NCBI RefSeq assembly: GCF_001194135.2
Contig: NC_069002.1
Coordinates: forward strand, 17,264,390 to 17,328,389
DNA length: 64,000 bases
Direction of reading: 5' to 3'
Source of the DNA: Octopus bimaculoides
Lineage: Eukaryota
Position numbers and translations under genes: made by a program. Numbering within the stretch: position 1 is the first letter of the stretch; every line of letters begins with the position of its first letter. The notes under the pieces were generated by a model. That model had not been told where the DNA came from and made no database searches. It saw only the letters and a list, made by a program, of their open reading frames with translations. This document shows, piece after piece, positions 50,663-64,000 of this stretch.

Positions 50663-52269
50663 GTAAGGGTGACGCAGATGACAATGCACTGAGCAGTAAC
50701 TAATTTCGTTGATTAAAGACTGAGTTCAAATCCTGCCTGTCAGCTTTGACACTGCATTATATCTCCACTGTTGGTCTATAGGAAATATTTACTATATCCA
50801 TTTCAATTGACTACAGCTGCCTCAACAGATCATCTGTGTATCTGTAGGTACAAATTATATTATGCAATAGATATTTATACAGGGTTGAAGAAACTTTTTT
50901 TTATGTTTCAAACATGAGATTAATAATGCTTAAGTCAAGTATCTTAATAAATCCTTCTAAATTCCTTATTATTTTCAAATTATTGAGGCATATTCAATAT
51001 ATTTCATTAGAAGTATGGTCTCAAGAAACAGGTCGATGAATAGCAATAGTAAGTGATATTGTGTGAAATAACAATTCCTTTGAATTTTGGTACAAGCCCC
51101 GCAGTCTGAGGTGGAGGGGATAGTTGATTATATCAACTCCAGTACTTGATTGGTACTTTTATTTTATTGACCCTGAAAGGATGAAAGGTGAAGTCACTTT
51201 CAGTAGTATTTGAACTCAGAATATTAAGAGATAGAAGAAATTCTGCTAAGCATTTTGTCCAGTGTGCTAGCAATCCTACCAGCTCACTATCTTAGAAATA
51301 ATGATAACTAGACTACCTGTGACCTGTTGGGTCACCGGGAAACTCAGTTTCCTAGCAACAGGGTTTTGTTTTGTGGGTCTTTTCTTTTCTAGGTTATTTC
51401 GCATGCTTTCAACGAATGTGACATCGAAATCATGCGTAAACAGCTCCTTTCCCTCAGAAAAGGAAAGATTTGGCTGCTATTTTTTGTACGCCCTGCTACC
51501 ATGTAACAGGATGTGTTGGATCCTTTATCGCAAATAACTGTTATGTAGTAGCAGGGCATGCTAGAAATAGTAGCCAAATCTTTAGAGGTTAAATAATGTT
51601 GAATGCACTCAAAAAAACCTGGGGGAAAAAACTATTTCACTCCGAGGTTACAAAGTTCATGATACATATGTGTTTATGTATGTATGTATGTATGTATGTG
51701 TGTGTGCATGTATGCATGTACATATGTAGATGTGTATATGCGTATGCATGTATATACGCATGTATGTATGTATGTATGCATGTCTATACATATATGTATG
51801 TATGTGAGCATTTATGTAAGTAAGTGTGCAGATGTGTCTCCATGTGTGTATATGTGTATGTTTATGTACTGATATGTATGTCTGTTCAAGTTGTATATAT
51901 GACTGTGACTCTGTCGAAGGTTGTATGTATATATATTTACGGTAAAAAACAAATCATATATTTCTGTTGTGAAATCAGTCGAATCTAAATGTTAGTTTCT
52001 TCCTTTTCAGGGTGAAATTTAATTCAGAACATTTTCACATTATGCACCGTTTTGAGTATTTATACCCCAAATCCCAAATATCTCAATAACTACTGCTCCA
52101 GTTTATGTGAAACTTGTTTCATTCTGTTCCTATTAACATTTCAGGGTAAACTTAATTCATAGTATTTTCCCATTATGTGCCAGTAATTCATAGTATTTTC
52201 CCATTATGTGCTGGGTAATATTGCAAGCAAGCAAGCAAGCAAGATTGAAACTGACTTTTAATGTATTAT

Positions 52270-52620
52270 AGATAACAATTATTATTTTAGCATAAGGCCA
52301 GCAAGTTCAGAAGAGGGGATAAATTGATTACATTGACCCCAGGACTTAACTGGTACAACAACAACAACAACAATAATAATAATAATCCTTTCTACTAAAA
52401 GCGTAAGATCTGAAATTTGGTGGAAGGGGACTAGTCAGTTACATCGATCCCCAGTATTTCACTGGTACTTTATTTATCAACCCTGAAAGAATGAAGGGTA
52501 AAGTCAACCTCAGCGGAGTTTGAACTCAGAATGTAAAAATAGACAAAATGCTGTTGAGCATTTTACCTAGCATGCTAACAATTGTGCCACTTCACTGCTA
52601 ATGATAATAATAATAATAAT
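52270..52620 (-). mobile_element. AAT-tailed SINE chain (~2 copies)
   Basis: Same module as 28255-29140. A further single copy lies at 51060-51300. Confidence 0.8.
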
Positions 52621-52641
52621 AATGATAATAATAATAATAAC

Positions 52642-52798
52642 AACAAGAGCACTCAGAGAGCGGAAACCTCTGCCAAGGCAACATCAACGTCCTCTCAACG
52701 ATTAGCCAGAGATGATTTTTATAATGAGAATATCTGAAATAAACTCAACTGCTCTTATAAACGAGAATACTAAAAATGAACCCGACAGCTCTCAAGAA
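52642..52798 (-). mobile_element. 3' end of a second Helentron-type element, cut by a gap
   Basis: AACAAGAGCACTCAGAGAGCGGAAACCTCTGCCAAGG resembles the reverse complement of the terminus at 12959-12996. Confidence 0.55.
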
Positions 52799-53359
52799 NN
52801 NNNNNNNNNNNNNNNNNNNNNNNNNNNNNNNNNNNNNNNNNNNNNNNNNNNNNNNNNNNNNNNNNNNNNNNNNNNNNNNNNNNNNNNNNNNNNNNNNNNN
52901 NNNNNNNNNNNNNNNNNNNNNNNNNNNNNNNNNNNNNNNNNNNNNNNNNNNNNNNNNNNNNNNNNNNNNNNNNNNNNNNNNNNNNNNNNNNNNNNNNNNN
53001 NNNNNNNNNNNNNNNNNNNNNNNNNNNNNNNNNNNNNNNNNNNNNNNNNNNNNNNNNNNNNNNNNNNNNNNNNNNNNNNNNNNNNNNNNNNNNNNNNNNN
53101 NNAATGATTTTGCAAGCTCACCGCCTTAGAAATGATAATAATGATAATTATAAAAAGCTATGTTGGCCTGATTACATAATCAGCATAACCAGGTGGAAAC
53201 TGCCAAAAGTTTGTATTGTTAATGGGGAGCAGAACAAATAGTGGTGGTCTCATTTATTTATATTTTTGTAATTGTTTGAATATTGATGTGAAAAATCTGT
53301 GTTGATACACTCACACACAAAACCCAACCTCCAAATCTAAGTCAATACACATAGATGAG

Positions 53360-53391
<32 letters not shown>

Positions 53392-53598
53392 GTGTATATT
53401 CTCATACATATATACATACACACACACATGATATATTAAATTACAAATTAAAAGCAGATCTAGTAATGGAAAACATTAACAGTTGTACATACATAGTATG
53501 TGTTTTGTTTACACCCATTTGCTGTGTGATAGAGTCTGGGGACACTTGGTTTCTCTAACACTCAATGTTGTGTAAGGAGCTTTCCTTGTATGTTATCC

Positions 53599-53849
53599 CA
53601 GGGGTTTTCAAACTGTGGTCCGCAGTCCACAGGGGGTGGACAGCAAATACTTTTTATGGGCGATTTGATTTTATATATGTTTTTTAATCGAAATCTTTTA
53701 ATTGACAATAAACCTATTTGTTAAATACTGTTAAATAAATAAATGTAAAGATATATGTTACTTTAAGCAAATATTTATGTATAAATTTACCCTAAGGTAA
53801 AGCCTGAAATATAAAGGGGTCTGCAAGTCAAAAAGTTTGAAAACCCCTG
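53599..53849. mobile_element. 251-bp hAT MITE
   Basis: Perfect 16-bp TIRs CAGGGGTTTTCAAACT / AGTTTGAAAACCCCTG and a perfect 8-bp TSD TGTTATCC. Confidence 0.95.
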
Positions 53850-54029
53850 TGTTATCCCACATACAGCAAATGGGCATCTATACAAAACACATACACTATG
53901 AATGTGTGGCTGATAATGTTCACATTACTAGAACTGCTTTTAATTCGTAATTTAATTTTCTTCCATGTGTACTGAGCAACAGCACATCAAATAAACTTTA
54001 CTTTATTTGCATATAAACCCTGCACCAGT

Positions 54030-55010
54030 GTTTCATTCTGTTTTGAGGTGATCCAAATACATGGTTTTGATGGAGGGGGTTAGTTGATTACATCAACCCC
54101 AGTACTTGTATTTATTTCATCAACCTTGAAAAGATGAAAAACAAAGTTAACCTCTGCGGAATTTGAACTCAGATTGTAAAGACCTGGAAGAAATGCTGCT
54201 ATGCATTTTGTCCCACAATCCTGCTAGCTCACTGTCTTGATATTAATAATCTTAATCTAAGGACAATACCTGAGATTCTTGGGGAGGGGGCTAATCAATT
54301 TCATCGACCCCAGTACTCAACTGGTTGTTATTTCAACAACCCCAAAAGAACGAAAGGCTAAGTCCACCTCAACAGAGTTAGAACTTGGAATAGAAAGATG
54401 AACGAAATGCCACTAAGCATTCGGTCCTGTGTGCTAACAAATTCTGCCAGTTCGCTACCTTTCACCCCCTTAAGGATGATGGCCACTCCCGTTGATTTCA
54501 ACATATGAGTTTTTGAAGGAAAAAATTTTTAAAAAATAAAGATTGCTTAATAATAATAATAATAATAATCATAATAATAATAATAATCCTTATCGGTACA
54601 AGGTCTGAAATTTGGTGGAGAGGGGGCTAATTGATTACATCAACTCCAGTACTCAACTGGTACTTATTTTATCAACCCCGAAGGATGAAAAGCTAAGTCG
54701 ATCCTGACAGGATTTTAATACAGAACATATAGACATGAAATGCCACTAAGCATTTTGCCTGGCATGCTAACAGTTTTGCAGGTTGCTAACCTTAATAATA
54801 ATAATAATAATAGTGATAATGATAATGATTTCAAATTTTGGCACAAGACCAGTAAGTTCAGGGGAGGGAGTAAGTTGATTATATCGTCTCCAGTATCCAA
54901 CTGGTACTTATTTTATTGACCCCAAAAGGATGAAAGGCAAAGTTGACCTTGGTGGAATTTGAACAAGCATGCTAACAATTTGGCCAGTTTACCACATTAA
55001 TAATGATGAT
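54030..55010 (-). mobile_element. head-to-tail chain of ~4-5 AAT-tailed SINE copies
   Basis: Same module repeated in one orientation with (AAT)n spacers. Confidence 0.85.
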
Positions 55011-55984
55011 GATGATAATAATAGTAATAATAATAATAATAATAGTAGTAGTAGTTTAGTGTTTTCAACTACTAAACCAGTTAATGTCATTGACTTGCAA
55101 GTGGGTCGTTGTTTATTTTAGATAGGCAGCTTCTATTTTCTATATAGAATATAACGTTTGTATTTTACCAACAAACTCTATTTTATATTAATAAGAATTT
55201 CTATTTTTATTTACTTTCATTTCTAAATATTTGTATCAATTAAGCTCCATGATATTTAAGTATTTTAATGTGAGGTTTCCTCAAAAAAACAAAAATAAAA
55301 AAAATAATCTAAACAAATAAAATAAATAAGTAAATAAATAAAAAAAAAGGCATTTGGATATATTCCTAATACTGAAGCAATATCTATTTCACTGTTTGTA
55401 TATTTAGAGCTGATATATGACTATGAATTTGTATATTTAGCCTTTGATTTTATTTCCCTTCTCTTATTATTATTATTATTATTATTATTATATTTGTAAT
55501 GAATTATGCAATACTCTGTGTCTTTGTTGCACTCCATGCAGGCTTGCCAGTTCATTAACCACCTTGAACTAGTGCAGTGTGCTATTGTTAAACATCTTAC
55601 TCTCCACTCAAAGAGAACTGTGTCCAGTGTTATGAATTATGAACTTGTGGTTTGTTTATGGCAGATTTCTCCTCCCACCAACACCTTGCTTTATGCATGC
55701 TGTATAGTGTTCTGTGTTCTACTGTTATGACTGCTTAATAAGAGAAAACAAAATGTATTATTTTATACTGATATGCATGTGAAGGACATTGCTCAGACAT
55801 TTTGAAGGAGTTCTTTGGCTAGTTTTGATTCCCCAGTCAAAGTTGATGTCTTTAGAGGGAGCATAAATGTTGCAGATATCATTTAGATTTCCTAAAGGAT
55901 TTTTACCATTGTATTTAAGAAAGATATCAATAAGCCATTCCCAATGAGAGTACCTGTTACACCCCCTCCTCCTCATCATCATTG

Positions 55985-56465
55985 TTTTGACATGTAGACA
56001 GCTCCATAAAGAAGTGCTGATCACTCAAAGTGGATGGCATTCGTGATAGAGGGAGACTCAGGAAGACATGGGATGAAGTACCGAAGGATGACCTCAGGAC
56101 ACTGAACCTTACAGCAGAGATGACAAAGGACTGAGATATCTGGCGCTTTGTCAGACTCAAGAACACCCACCCTCCACAGCAGAAGTGTTAATGCTGTTCA
56201 CCCTGCTGAAGAGGATTGCCCTGCGAGGGCCCTGTGCTGGTGCCACGTAAAAAGCACCCATGCCAGTGTCATGTAAAAGCATCGATGCCATTACCGCATA
56301 CAAGGCACCCAGCACACTCTGTAAAGAGGTTGGCATTAGGAAGGGCATCCAGCCATAGAAACCAAACCAAATCAGACTGAAACCTGGTGCAGTTCTCTAG
56401 CGGGCCAGCTTCTGTCAAAACATCCGGTCTATGCCAGCATGGAAAACAGATGTTAAATGATGATG
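55985..56465 (+). mobile_element. RTE LINE 3' fragment with tail
   Basis: GGGAGACTCAGGAAGACATGGGATGAAGT (GRxRKTWDEV), short repeats, then the conserved tail to TTAAATGATGATGG. Confidence 0.85.
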
Positions 56466-56499
56466 GTGACAATGATTATCATTATTATTATTATTATTA

Positions 56500-57020
56500 T
56501 TGAGTGAGAGAGCAGTGCATGCCGCCAAAATGACACTGGGGTAAAATATATGAAGCCCAGTTTACCCATCATGACTACCCGTCTGATAAGGGTACACCAA
56601 GCACATGCATCACAGCCATATGTGCATGACGTAATGATCTCATATCAAGATAAACAGCGCATGACCTTGCAGGTGGGGCCCAGTTAGAATTTTCTTTGGG
56701 TTAAGTAGCCCATCCCACTCAAAAGTTCCCTGAATAAGGGTTGTTTAAGGATGATGAGCAAAACACCCATGTTTCCAGAGTTGAATTATCCAAACCCCAA
56801 AGAATTCCTCTCAACACATGGTTATGATACTCCTGCACTATTTCTGCTCATGGTCAGAGATGCACATATCATCAGCCACTAAGGGACATGTTCAACTGGT
56901 TATGGTTAAGCAACAGACAAGCAAATCTGTGGTATTGATCAGAATATTTGCTGTAGCCCATCTTTTATACCACAATAAAACAATTTACATGATAACACTT
57001 CCAATCAGTTAGGATCAAAT
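56500..57020 (-). mobile_element. unclassified ~520-bp probable interspersed repeat between two (ATT)n tracts
   Basis: Sharp (ATT)n boundaries on both sides. No second copy in this window. Confidence 0.4.
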
Positions 57021-57034
57021 TATTATTATTATTA

Positions 57035-58490
57035 TTTATTGTCTTTGCACAGCTTCTAACACTAGAGATGTACTATGGTGCCAGCTGTTCACTACCAGTG
57101 AACTAAGGTAACACTCCTTATTTTTTGAGCACCTAAATTTCTTCCATATGCTGTCAGTTCCATCCTCCACTTCACCATACTTTTTCCAAGCAATCAATCA
57201 CTCAACATTCGATGCAATACCAAATAGGTTCATACATTCCATAATCCAAGAATGTGGGATCATATCGTATGCCTTACGATAATCGATCCATGACATGGAT
57301 AATTTAGTTTTCCTTCTCTTGCAGTCTCTAAGTACAGTTTTGTCTACCAGGAGTTGATCCTTGGTACCTCTGCAATTACGCCTGCAACCCTTCTGCTCAT
57401 GTGGCAGGACTCTATTTTTTTCTAGATGTCCGTACACTGACTCTGCAACTAATTTCCCCAAAAGTGGCAAGTAGGATATCGGCCTGTAATTGTCTACCGT
57501 ATTGCTTTTTTTCAATGTTTTTCAAGTACAGCACTGTCCTACCCATTGTCAACCAGTCTGGTGTTACTTGGTTGGCATTTAATAAAATGTTGAGTTGTGC
57601 AGCTTTTCCTGAATGACATTCACCAAATCTTTTGATCCAGTAGCCTTGAACACCATCTGGTCCCAGGGCCTTCCAGTTGCCCATTTTTTGCTGATTTTCT
57701 TCATTTCCCTAACTGAAATGACTAGCTCTATCTGTTTTGGACAGACTACTGTTTTTTTCAGTTCTTGCAAACATTCAGCATCCTTCTGGTGCTCCTTGTC
57801 TTTGCTCCAGATGTCACTCCAAAACCTTTGACTTTCAGTGTTATCTGATATCAACTTTTCATCTGTACACTCTCCATTTATTTCTTTGTAGAATCTCTTC
57901 TGATCTACTCTGAATAACCCATTCTGCTGGTATCCATTCATTTTTGGGTCGTATCTTATCACCTTTGTTTCCTTTGCAACAGGGCGCTGTTTCAGATCCT
58001 CCATTACCTCTTTCAGGTCCTTTCTTTCAATATCATACTTCCTGTTCAGTGCCCTGTATTTTTGTTCACTTTTAAGCTCCCCCTTCTCTTTTCAGTCTAA
58101 CACAGAAATGTCCTTCGAGTGCATGTCTAACCCTGCCTGTATTCTTCTTTTCCACCATGGATTTTTTTCTTTTGTCACTCCCATTATATTTCTTTTTCTT
58201 GACATCAACACCCACATTTTCTGCTACAACAATACTTGTTGCCTTGATCAATGTTTGTTTCTGTAATGTTTTTTGTTCAGATGTATTTCAGAATTTCATT
58301 CACATTTTTTGTTGCTTGGTTCAATTTCCACCAGTCAACCTTTTTAAGGTTGCAAATAATGTTGCTATCGTTCTCCTGTAGCCTTGTCTTTATTCTGTCG
58401 TAGATTGCCTTTTTCCCATCTGTCATGTCACTATTAATTTTATTGTCTTCTTCTAAACCTACTGTTTTTTTTTAAGCCTGGTACTTGTTC
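57035..58490 (-). mobile_element. R4/Dong-like non-LTR retrotransposon remnant
   Basis: Minus-strand [65 protein letters not shown] and [16 protein letters not shown]. It ends against (TAA)n. Confidence 0.85.
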
Positions 58491-58499
58491 TGTCAGTTT

Positions 58500-58725
58500 A
58501 TTTTGCCAAACTGCTAAGTTACAAAGATGTAAACATACAATCACCGGTTATCAAGCAGTGGTGGGAGACAAGCACAAACACAAAGAAACACATACATAGA
58601 TATATACAATAGCTTCTTTCAGTTTCCATCTACCAGATCCACTCACAAAGCTTTGATTGGCCAAGGTGCTATGCAGTGGGACTGAACCCTGAACCATGTG
58701 GTTGGGAAGTAAGCTTCTTAAATTA
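58500..58725 (-). mobile_element. SINE fragment (15105-type head)
   Basis: CTTCTTTCAGTTTCCATCTACC..CCACTCACAAAGC..GGGACTGAACC..AACCATGTGGTTGGGAAG. Confidence 0.75.
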
Positions 58726-60122
58726 CAGCTGTTTGTGGTTAAGAGGATAACAGATGATGTTATTGTTGTCAGTGTTTAGCTCCATGTCAGCTCTGATTGA
58801 GTGGATCTATGAGCAACCCTCTTTTCCTGTTTAGTGTATCTTGAACAACATTATCCTATGTTATCCTTTTCTCTTTTGTTTTTGTTTTTTATTTTTAAGA
58901 TAGTGGAGTGTGACTTGGGGAAGATTTAGTTGCTTTTTGTCACAGGTGGAATGTCTTAGAGGCCTCTCCCTTCAGAAGTATAAAAGGAGACCAACGTCAC
59001 TGTCGTCATTATCAATGATAATGATGATGGTGGCAGCAGCGGTGGTGGCGGGGGCGGTGAGGACGATCTTTTTTTTTATTACTAAAAGGGGGAGCCCTCT
59101 AACACATTCTGCCTGCTACAAAAAACAACTGAATCCCCAATTCGCACCCTTCTATCTTAAAAAGAAAAGAAAAGAAAAAGGGGCTAGAACAGGTTTTGCT
59201 GCAGAGGAGTTACATGACTACTCACATTATGGGGGAGAGAATGGGAGTAACAGGGTTGGAACTGGGAAAAGAGAGAGAAAGATGGTGATGACAAATTGTC
59301 AGGTTGGACCATCAAGGTATATACATGGTAAATGTGTTCCACTGATGTAAACCTGGGGTGGATGGGTGAATCTTTCTTGGTAGCTTTACATTTGAACTAA
59401 AGATTTAGCTATACTGAGACCAAAATGCAAAAAAAAAAATAAATGACTAGAATTTTTAATTAAAGCTTTTGGCTTAATTAGGTTTGACTGTTTCCATTGG
59501 TAGTTTATTAGATTTCAAATTCCATGTGACATCTATAAAGGTTTTTGGTACAATACCACAACTTACTCAACAACTTGGCTATTCCGAACTTTTTTATTGA
59601 TTTTCTTATTTTATGTTTATTTTTTTTTTGTCTTGTAACTATGTAAAAAATTGATAAGGTTACAAATCATATCTAACCACACAGCCAGTTACAGATATGG
59701 AATGTAGTTTCACTGGAGGTATTGATTTTTGGGTTAGGGAATGTGAGCAAGTTGAAAATAATTAAGGGTATGAGGAGAGCAGGCTGCATATCCTGTCCTT
59801 TGTGAGCTGGCAAAAGAAACAAAAAATATAAAAGAGCAATTGCAAAAAACAAGACCAAAAGGAAACTGCTTTTTGATTTCATTTGAAGGATGACCTTGTA
59901 GTTTCTTACCAATTATTTCATTGTTTATACCATAGCAAAATATAGAAATATTAAAGTTATTATCCTTTAGCTGACTCTTTGATTCTTGAGTTTGAGTTTG
60001 AGTAAATAAAATCGTGGACTGTTTTTATGTCTGCTTTGAACTGACTTAAAATCTTGAAATCTCTTGCAGTGTGAGGCTTGGGAGTCTGAGAAATAGTAAT
60101 TCATATTAAGTTCATATAATTA

Positions 60123-61379
60123 CCGTAAATCCTCGAATATAATCCGCACTTTTTTCCCAAAATTTAAAGGTCAAAATTTCTAGTGCGTACTATATACGAG
60201 GTTAAAAATGAAAAAATATTTTCTAAGCAAAATTTTCTAAGTGATAAATATGTAAAGGGAATTTACTTAATATTTATTTTTCACTGGCGTTATTACTGTT
60301 ATTTCTTTATTTTCTGCANNNNNNNNNNNNNNNNNNNNNNNNNNNNNNNNNNNNNNNNNNNNNNNNNNNNNNNNNNNNNNNNNNNNNNNNNNNNNNNNNN
60401 NNNNNNNNNNNNNNNNNNNNNNNNNNNNNNNNNNNNNNNNNNNNNNNNNNNNNNNNNNNNNNNNNNNNNNNNNNNNNNNNNNNNNNNNNNNNNNNNNNNN
60501 NNNNNNNNNNNNNNNNNNNNNNNNNNNNNNNNNNNNNNNNNNNNNNNNNNNNNNNNNNNNNNNNNNNNNNNNNNNNNNNNNNNNNNNNNNNNNNNNNNNN
60601 NNNNNNNNNNNNNNNNNNNNNNNNNNNNNNNNNNNNNNNNNNNNNNNNNNNNNNNNNNNNNNNNNNNNNNNNNNNNNNNNNNNNNNNNNNNNNNNNNNNN
60701 NNNNNNNNNNNNNNNNNNNNNNNNNNNNNNNNNNNNNNNNNNNNNNNNNNNNNNNNNNNNNNNNNNNNNNNNNNNNNNNNNNNNNNNNNNNNNNNNNNNN
60801 NNNNNNNNNNNNNNNNNNNNNNNNNNNNNNNNNNNNNNNNNNNNNNNNNNNNNNNNNNNNNNNNNNNNNNNNNNNNNNNNNNNNNNNNNNNNNNNNNNNN
60901 NNNNNNNNNNNNNNNNNNNNNNNNNNNNNNNNNNNNNNNNNNNNNNNNNNNNNNNNNNNNNNNNNNNNNNNNNNNNNNNNNNNNNNNNNNNNNNNNNNNN
61001 NNNNNNNNNNNNNNNNNNNNNNNNNNNNNNNNNNNNNNNNNNNNNNNNNNNNNNNNNNNNNNNNNNNNNNNNNNNNNNNNNNNNNNNNNNNNNNNNNNNN
61101 NNNNNNNNNNNNNNNNNNNNNNNNNNNNNNNNNNNNNNNNNNNNNNTGATAAGCGATTACACACACATCTCTGTTTTATATATAGTATAGATATAGATAA
61201 TAATAAAGGACGTTACCGTATATATGTTTACAAACCAGGGACGTTATATAGACCTCCTTGACTCAAGTTAGAGAAGGGGGTGTGTATTATACACAAGGTT
61301 TAGGTTTTTCAGAGGTACAGCTCCCTAAAAATCCTCTGCATATTATACTCAAGGGCGGACTATACTCGAGGATTTACAG
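60123..61379. mobile_element. pogo/Tigger-like element, mostly gap
   Basis: TA-CCGTAAATCCTCGAATATAATCCGC ... GCGGACTATACTCGAGGATTTACAG-TA inverted termini with TA flanks. Confidence 0.8.
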
Positions 61380-62603
61380 TAATCAAATCGATTCTGGGGA
61401 TACTACCTGAAGACTTCATAAATCCTGAGAGAGGCCACCTAACTGATGGGTATGAAAATCATTCACAAGTAGTTTCTGTCCCACAGATGTGCTGTGTGTC
61501 CTCTCTTTGCCTTTTCTACGACTACTACAATGCTCTCTGCCCTCCAGAGCTTGCCAGTTTTGTGTCACTTCCATTGAGGCACTCTTGCTGTACTCATCCT
61601 GCCAAAGTCATCTTTGCTTTTCATTCTTTTGGGATCAATAAAATAAAGTACCAGTGAATACTGGGAGACGATGTAATCAATTAACCACTGTCCCCCTAAA
61701 ACTGCTGGCTTTGAAACCATTCTCACTTACCTTACTTCTTCTTATCCCTCATATTGAGTCCACCTCACTCCTAGCATTTCTACTGGTCCCCAAATACTTA
61801 GCCCTTGAGAATTTCCTCCCTGCACACATCTTTCTTGTAGTCATTGACTTGTAATGCTTTTAAGTAGAATGCTAATTACATCTCTCTCTCTCTCTCACAG
61901 ATCCTGGAGGGTCTGCTAAGGCCAAGGCTACAGCCCCTTCCTCCTGACCAAACTTAAACTTGTGTCTGTCACGAGCCCAAAAAGTTTAACTTGGTTTCCA
62001 ACATTCCCCACCAGTATGAGACACCAGTCCATTGCAGGGTTAACTACCCAGCTATTGCCGGAACTCATTTACTGCTGAGTGATCTGGAGCAATGGGAAAT
62101 GAAGTGTTTTGTTCAAGAACACAACACACAGCATGGTCTGAGTATCAAAACCACGATCTTGTAATCTTGAGTGCAACACCCTAAACTCTTGGCCATGCTC
62201 CTTAACCCAGACCATACTAAGGAAGAATAAAATTAAGCTTTAAAAAAAGTAGGGATTGTAGAGTAAGCTGGGGTTTTTTTTTTTTTTNNNNNNNNNNNNN
62301 NNNNNNNNNNNNNNNNNNNNNNNNNNNNNNNNNNNNNNNNNNNTGCTGTCCTTTTTTTTTTTTGTCCTTCGCATGTTTTAGTTTCTGTTTTATGAAGGCA
62401 GAATGTAGTCTTGTTAGAAAACTGACACCCAAAGACTTAATTATCACATGTTTTGGATGAGTTTTTATAGTTATTATGAATTCCATAAATGACATCACCA
62501 TTTAATTTCATTTTTTCTGTCTCTTACCAGTAAAATTCTTAACTGACAATCATTTTTTTTTCACAATTACTGTTTCTTTTTTTCTCCATTAGGCCTTGAA
62601 GAG

Positions 62604-62693
62604 ATGGGTTATGAAGTTGTCAGATTTCAGGGGGATGTTGATGAAGAATTGATTTGTGCTATTTGCAGTGGAGTTCTTGAGGATCCACTCCAG
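62604..62693 (+). CDS. RNF41: first coding exon of E3 ubiquitin-protein ligase NRDP1/RNF41-like (start of RING finger); gene continues beyond the window
   Basis: Translates [30 protein letters not shown], close to the vertebrate NRDP1 N-terminus as I recall it ([30 protein letters not shown]). Acceptor TTTTTTCTCCATTAG at 62592, 11 nt of UTR, donor CAG|GTAAGT at 62694. Confidence 0.93.
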
Positions 62694-62869
62694 GTAAGTT
62701 AATTAACCAAAAATATTCAGTTTGTCTCTCATTCCACTGAATGGGTCATTCATTCTCATCACACTTTTGTTGTTTCAGAATATTTTCTTGAACGTTGTTT
62801 TTTATTTTTATCATGTTCCCATATTTATATCACTCATCATTATCAACAGCATCATAATTTAAAACCCAC

Positions 62870-63190
62870 TTTTTCTTGCATGCATGGGCTACACAGAGTT
62901 TGTTGCCACAGATTTTCTATGGCCAGATGTCCTTCCTGTTGCCAATCCTAACATATTTCTAAGTTAATGTTTCCCTATACCAAGACATGTTCCTTAAGAA
63001 AGACTGGAAATGAACAACTTTACTTGTATGACAATGGTGATCATTTACAACCATCATGTGATGTCTCGACAAAAGCACACACACCATTCTTTCAGTTTCC
63101 ATCTACCAAATCTAGTTATAAGAGTTTCATCAGCCTGGGCCTAAGGTGCACATGATTGGGAAGCAACATTTTTAACCACACACCTACCAC
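62870..63190 (-). mobile_element. intronic RTE-tailed SINE copy
   Basis: Reverse complement of 21735-22160. Confidence 0.75.
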
Positions 63191-63564
63191 ATACCTGCAC
63201 TTTCATCATCTCTATACATACATAAGTCCTAGCTGTTGCTGGTGGGAAGGCAGTGGCAACAGCAACAGTAGTGGTAGTGGTGGCAGCAGCAGGGGTACTA
63301 AAGTAAGACCAACAGTAACATGATACAATGTTGATCAGGCTTTAGTCACTAAAACTCTTAAATTAAGACCATTAGTATTGTGGCACAATGTCTATCAATC
63401 TTTATTCATTAAAACTGTATTTCTCTGTCATCTTTGATCTGGCAGGAATGGCATGGTAAGACTGTGTTTCACAGAAGAATTTTTCTATCCATCCATCCAT
63501 CCATCTTCTCTGCCAACTATTCCTGGGAAGGTTGTGGGGTGTTGTCAGGTACCTCCTTTGTAGG

Positions 63565-63790
63565 TGGAAGCTCATGGCTTAGTGGTTAGGGTGTTGGACT
63601 CATGATCCTAAGATTGTCGTTTTGTTTCCTGGACCAGGCAACACATTGTGTTCTTGAGCAAAACACTTCATTTCACATTGCTTCAGTTCACTCAGCTGGC
63701 AAAAATGAGTAATCCTGTAAGGGAGCAGCATCCTGCCCAGGTGGGGAATTTATATGCCATGGAAACCAGCTCTCATGAGTTGACATGACT
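63565..63790 (+). mobile_element. intronic SINE of the 23575-23877 family
   Basis: TGGCTTAGTGGTTAGGGTGTTGGACTCATGATC..TGTGTTCTTGAGCAAAACACTTCATTTCAC..GGAAACCAG. Confidence 0.85.
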
Positions 63791-64000
63791 CAAGAAGGAA
63801 GGTAACTTCATTGGGTCCTGTCAGAAACAACCATCTCATTCTTGGTCTACCCCTAGGTCTCCTGATGGTTGGCCTGGCTTGAAGGAGCCATAGGTCAAGT
63901 ATGAATACCAGTCTGATTCTTGGCATGAATAAAATCATGAAAAACTGCAATATGAAAGGGAGGAGGTCTTATATTTTGGAATGCATCCCAGGTTTTCACT

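Noticed and set aside
51393-51520. acceptor-like TTTTCTTTTCTAG followed by open frame VISHAFNECDIEIMRKQ
   Set aside because: No good donor and no recognisable protein. The sequence resembles MITE internal text and runs into a repeat motif.
56830-56880. minus-strand CTGATGA ... GAAA as a hammerhead
   Set aside because: Stems I-III cannot be formed.

Overview
AT-rich animal genomic DNA from a gapped draft assembly, dominated by microsatellites, SINEs, MITEs and decayed transposons. The repeat families look like Octopus (inference from recalled SINE and RTE tail sequences, not verified). The only host-gene sequence I can support is the first coding exon of an RNF41/NRDP1-like RING E3 ligase (+, 62604-62693); the rest is intergenic or 5'-UTR intron. 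Decayed coding elements include RTE LINEs, an R4/Dong-like element, a Penelope-like GIY-YIG element, and mariner, Tc1 and maT-like transposons. Non-autonomous elements include hAT, TTAA-flanked and pogo-like MITEs and Helentron-type elements. The most notable signal is three sequence-unrelated short non-coding insertions carrying hammerhead-ribozyme folds, all on the + strand. One has an intact type I hammerhead (11230-11326) inside a 358-bp-period, terminally redundant, TSD-flanked unit resembling a retrozyme or Penelope pseudo-LTR. Two are decayed (16001-16058, 36547-36583). A telomere-repeat insertion with a target duplication also sits inside the Penelope ORF. All structures and translations were derived by eye, nothing was computed or searched, and most repeat boundaries are approximate.
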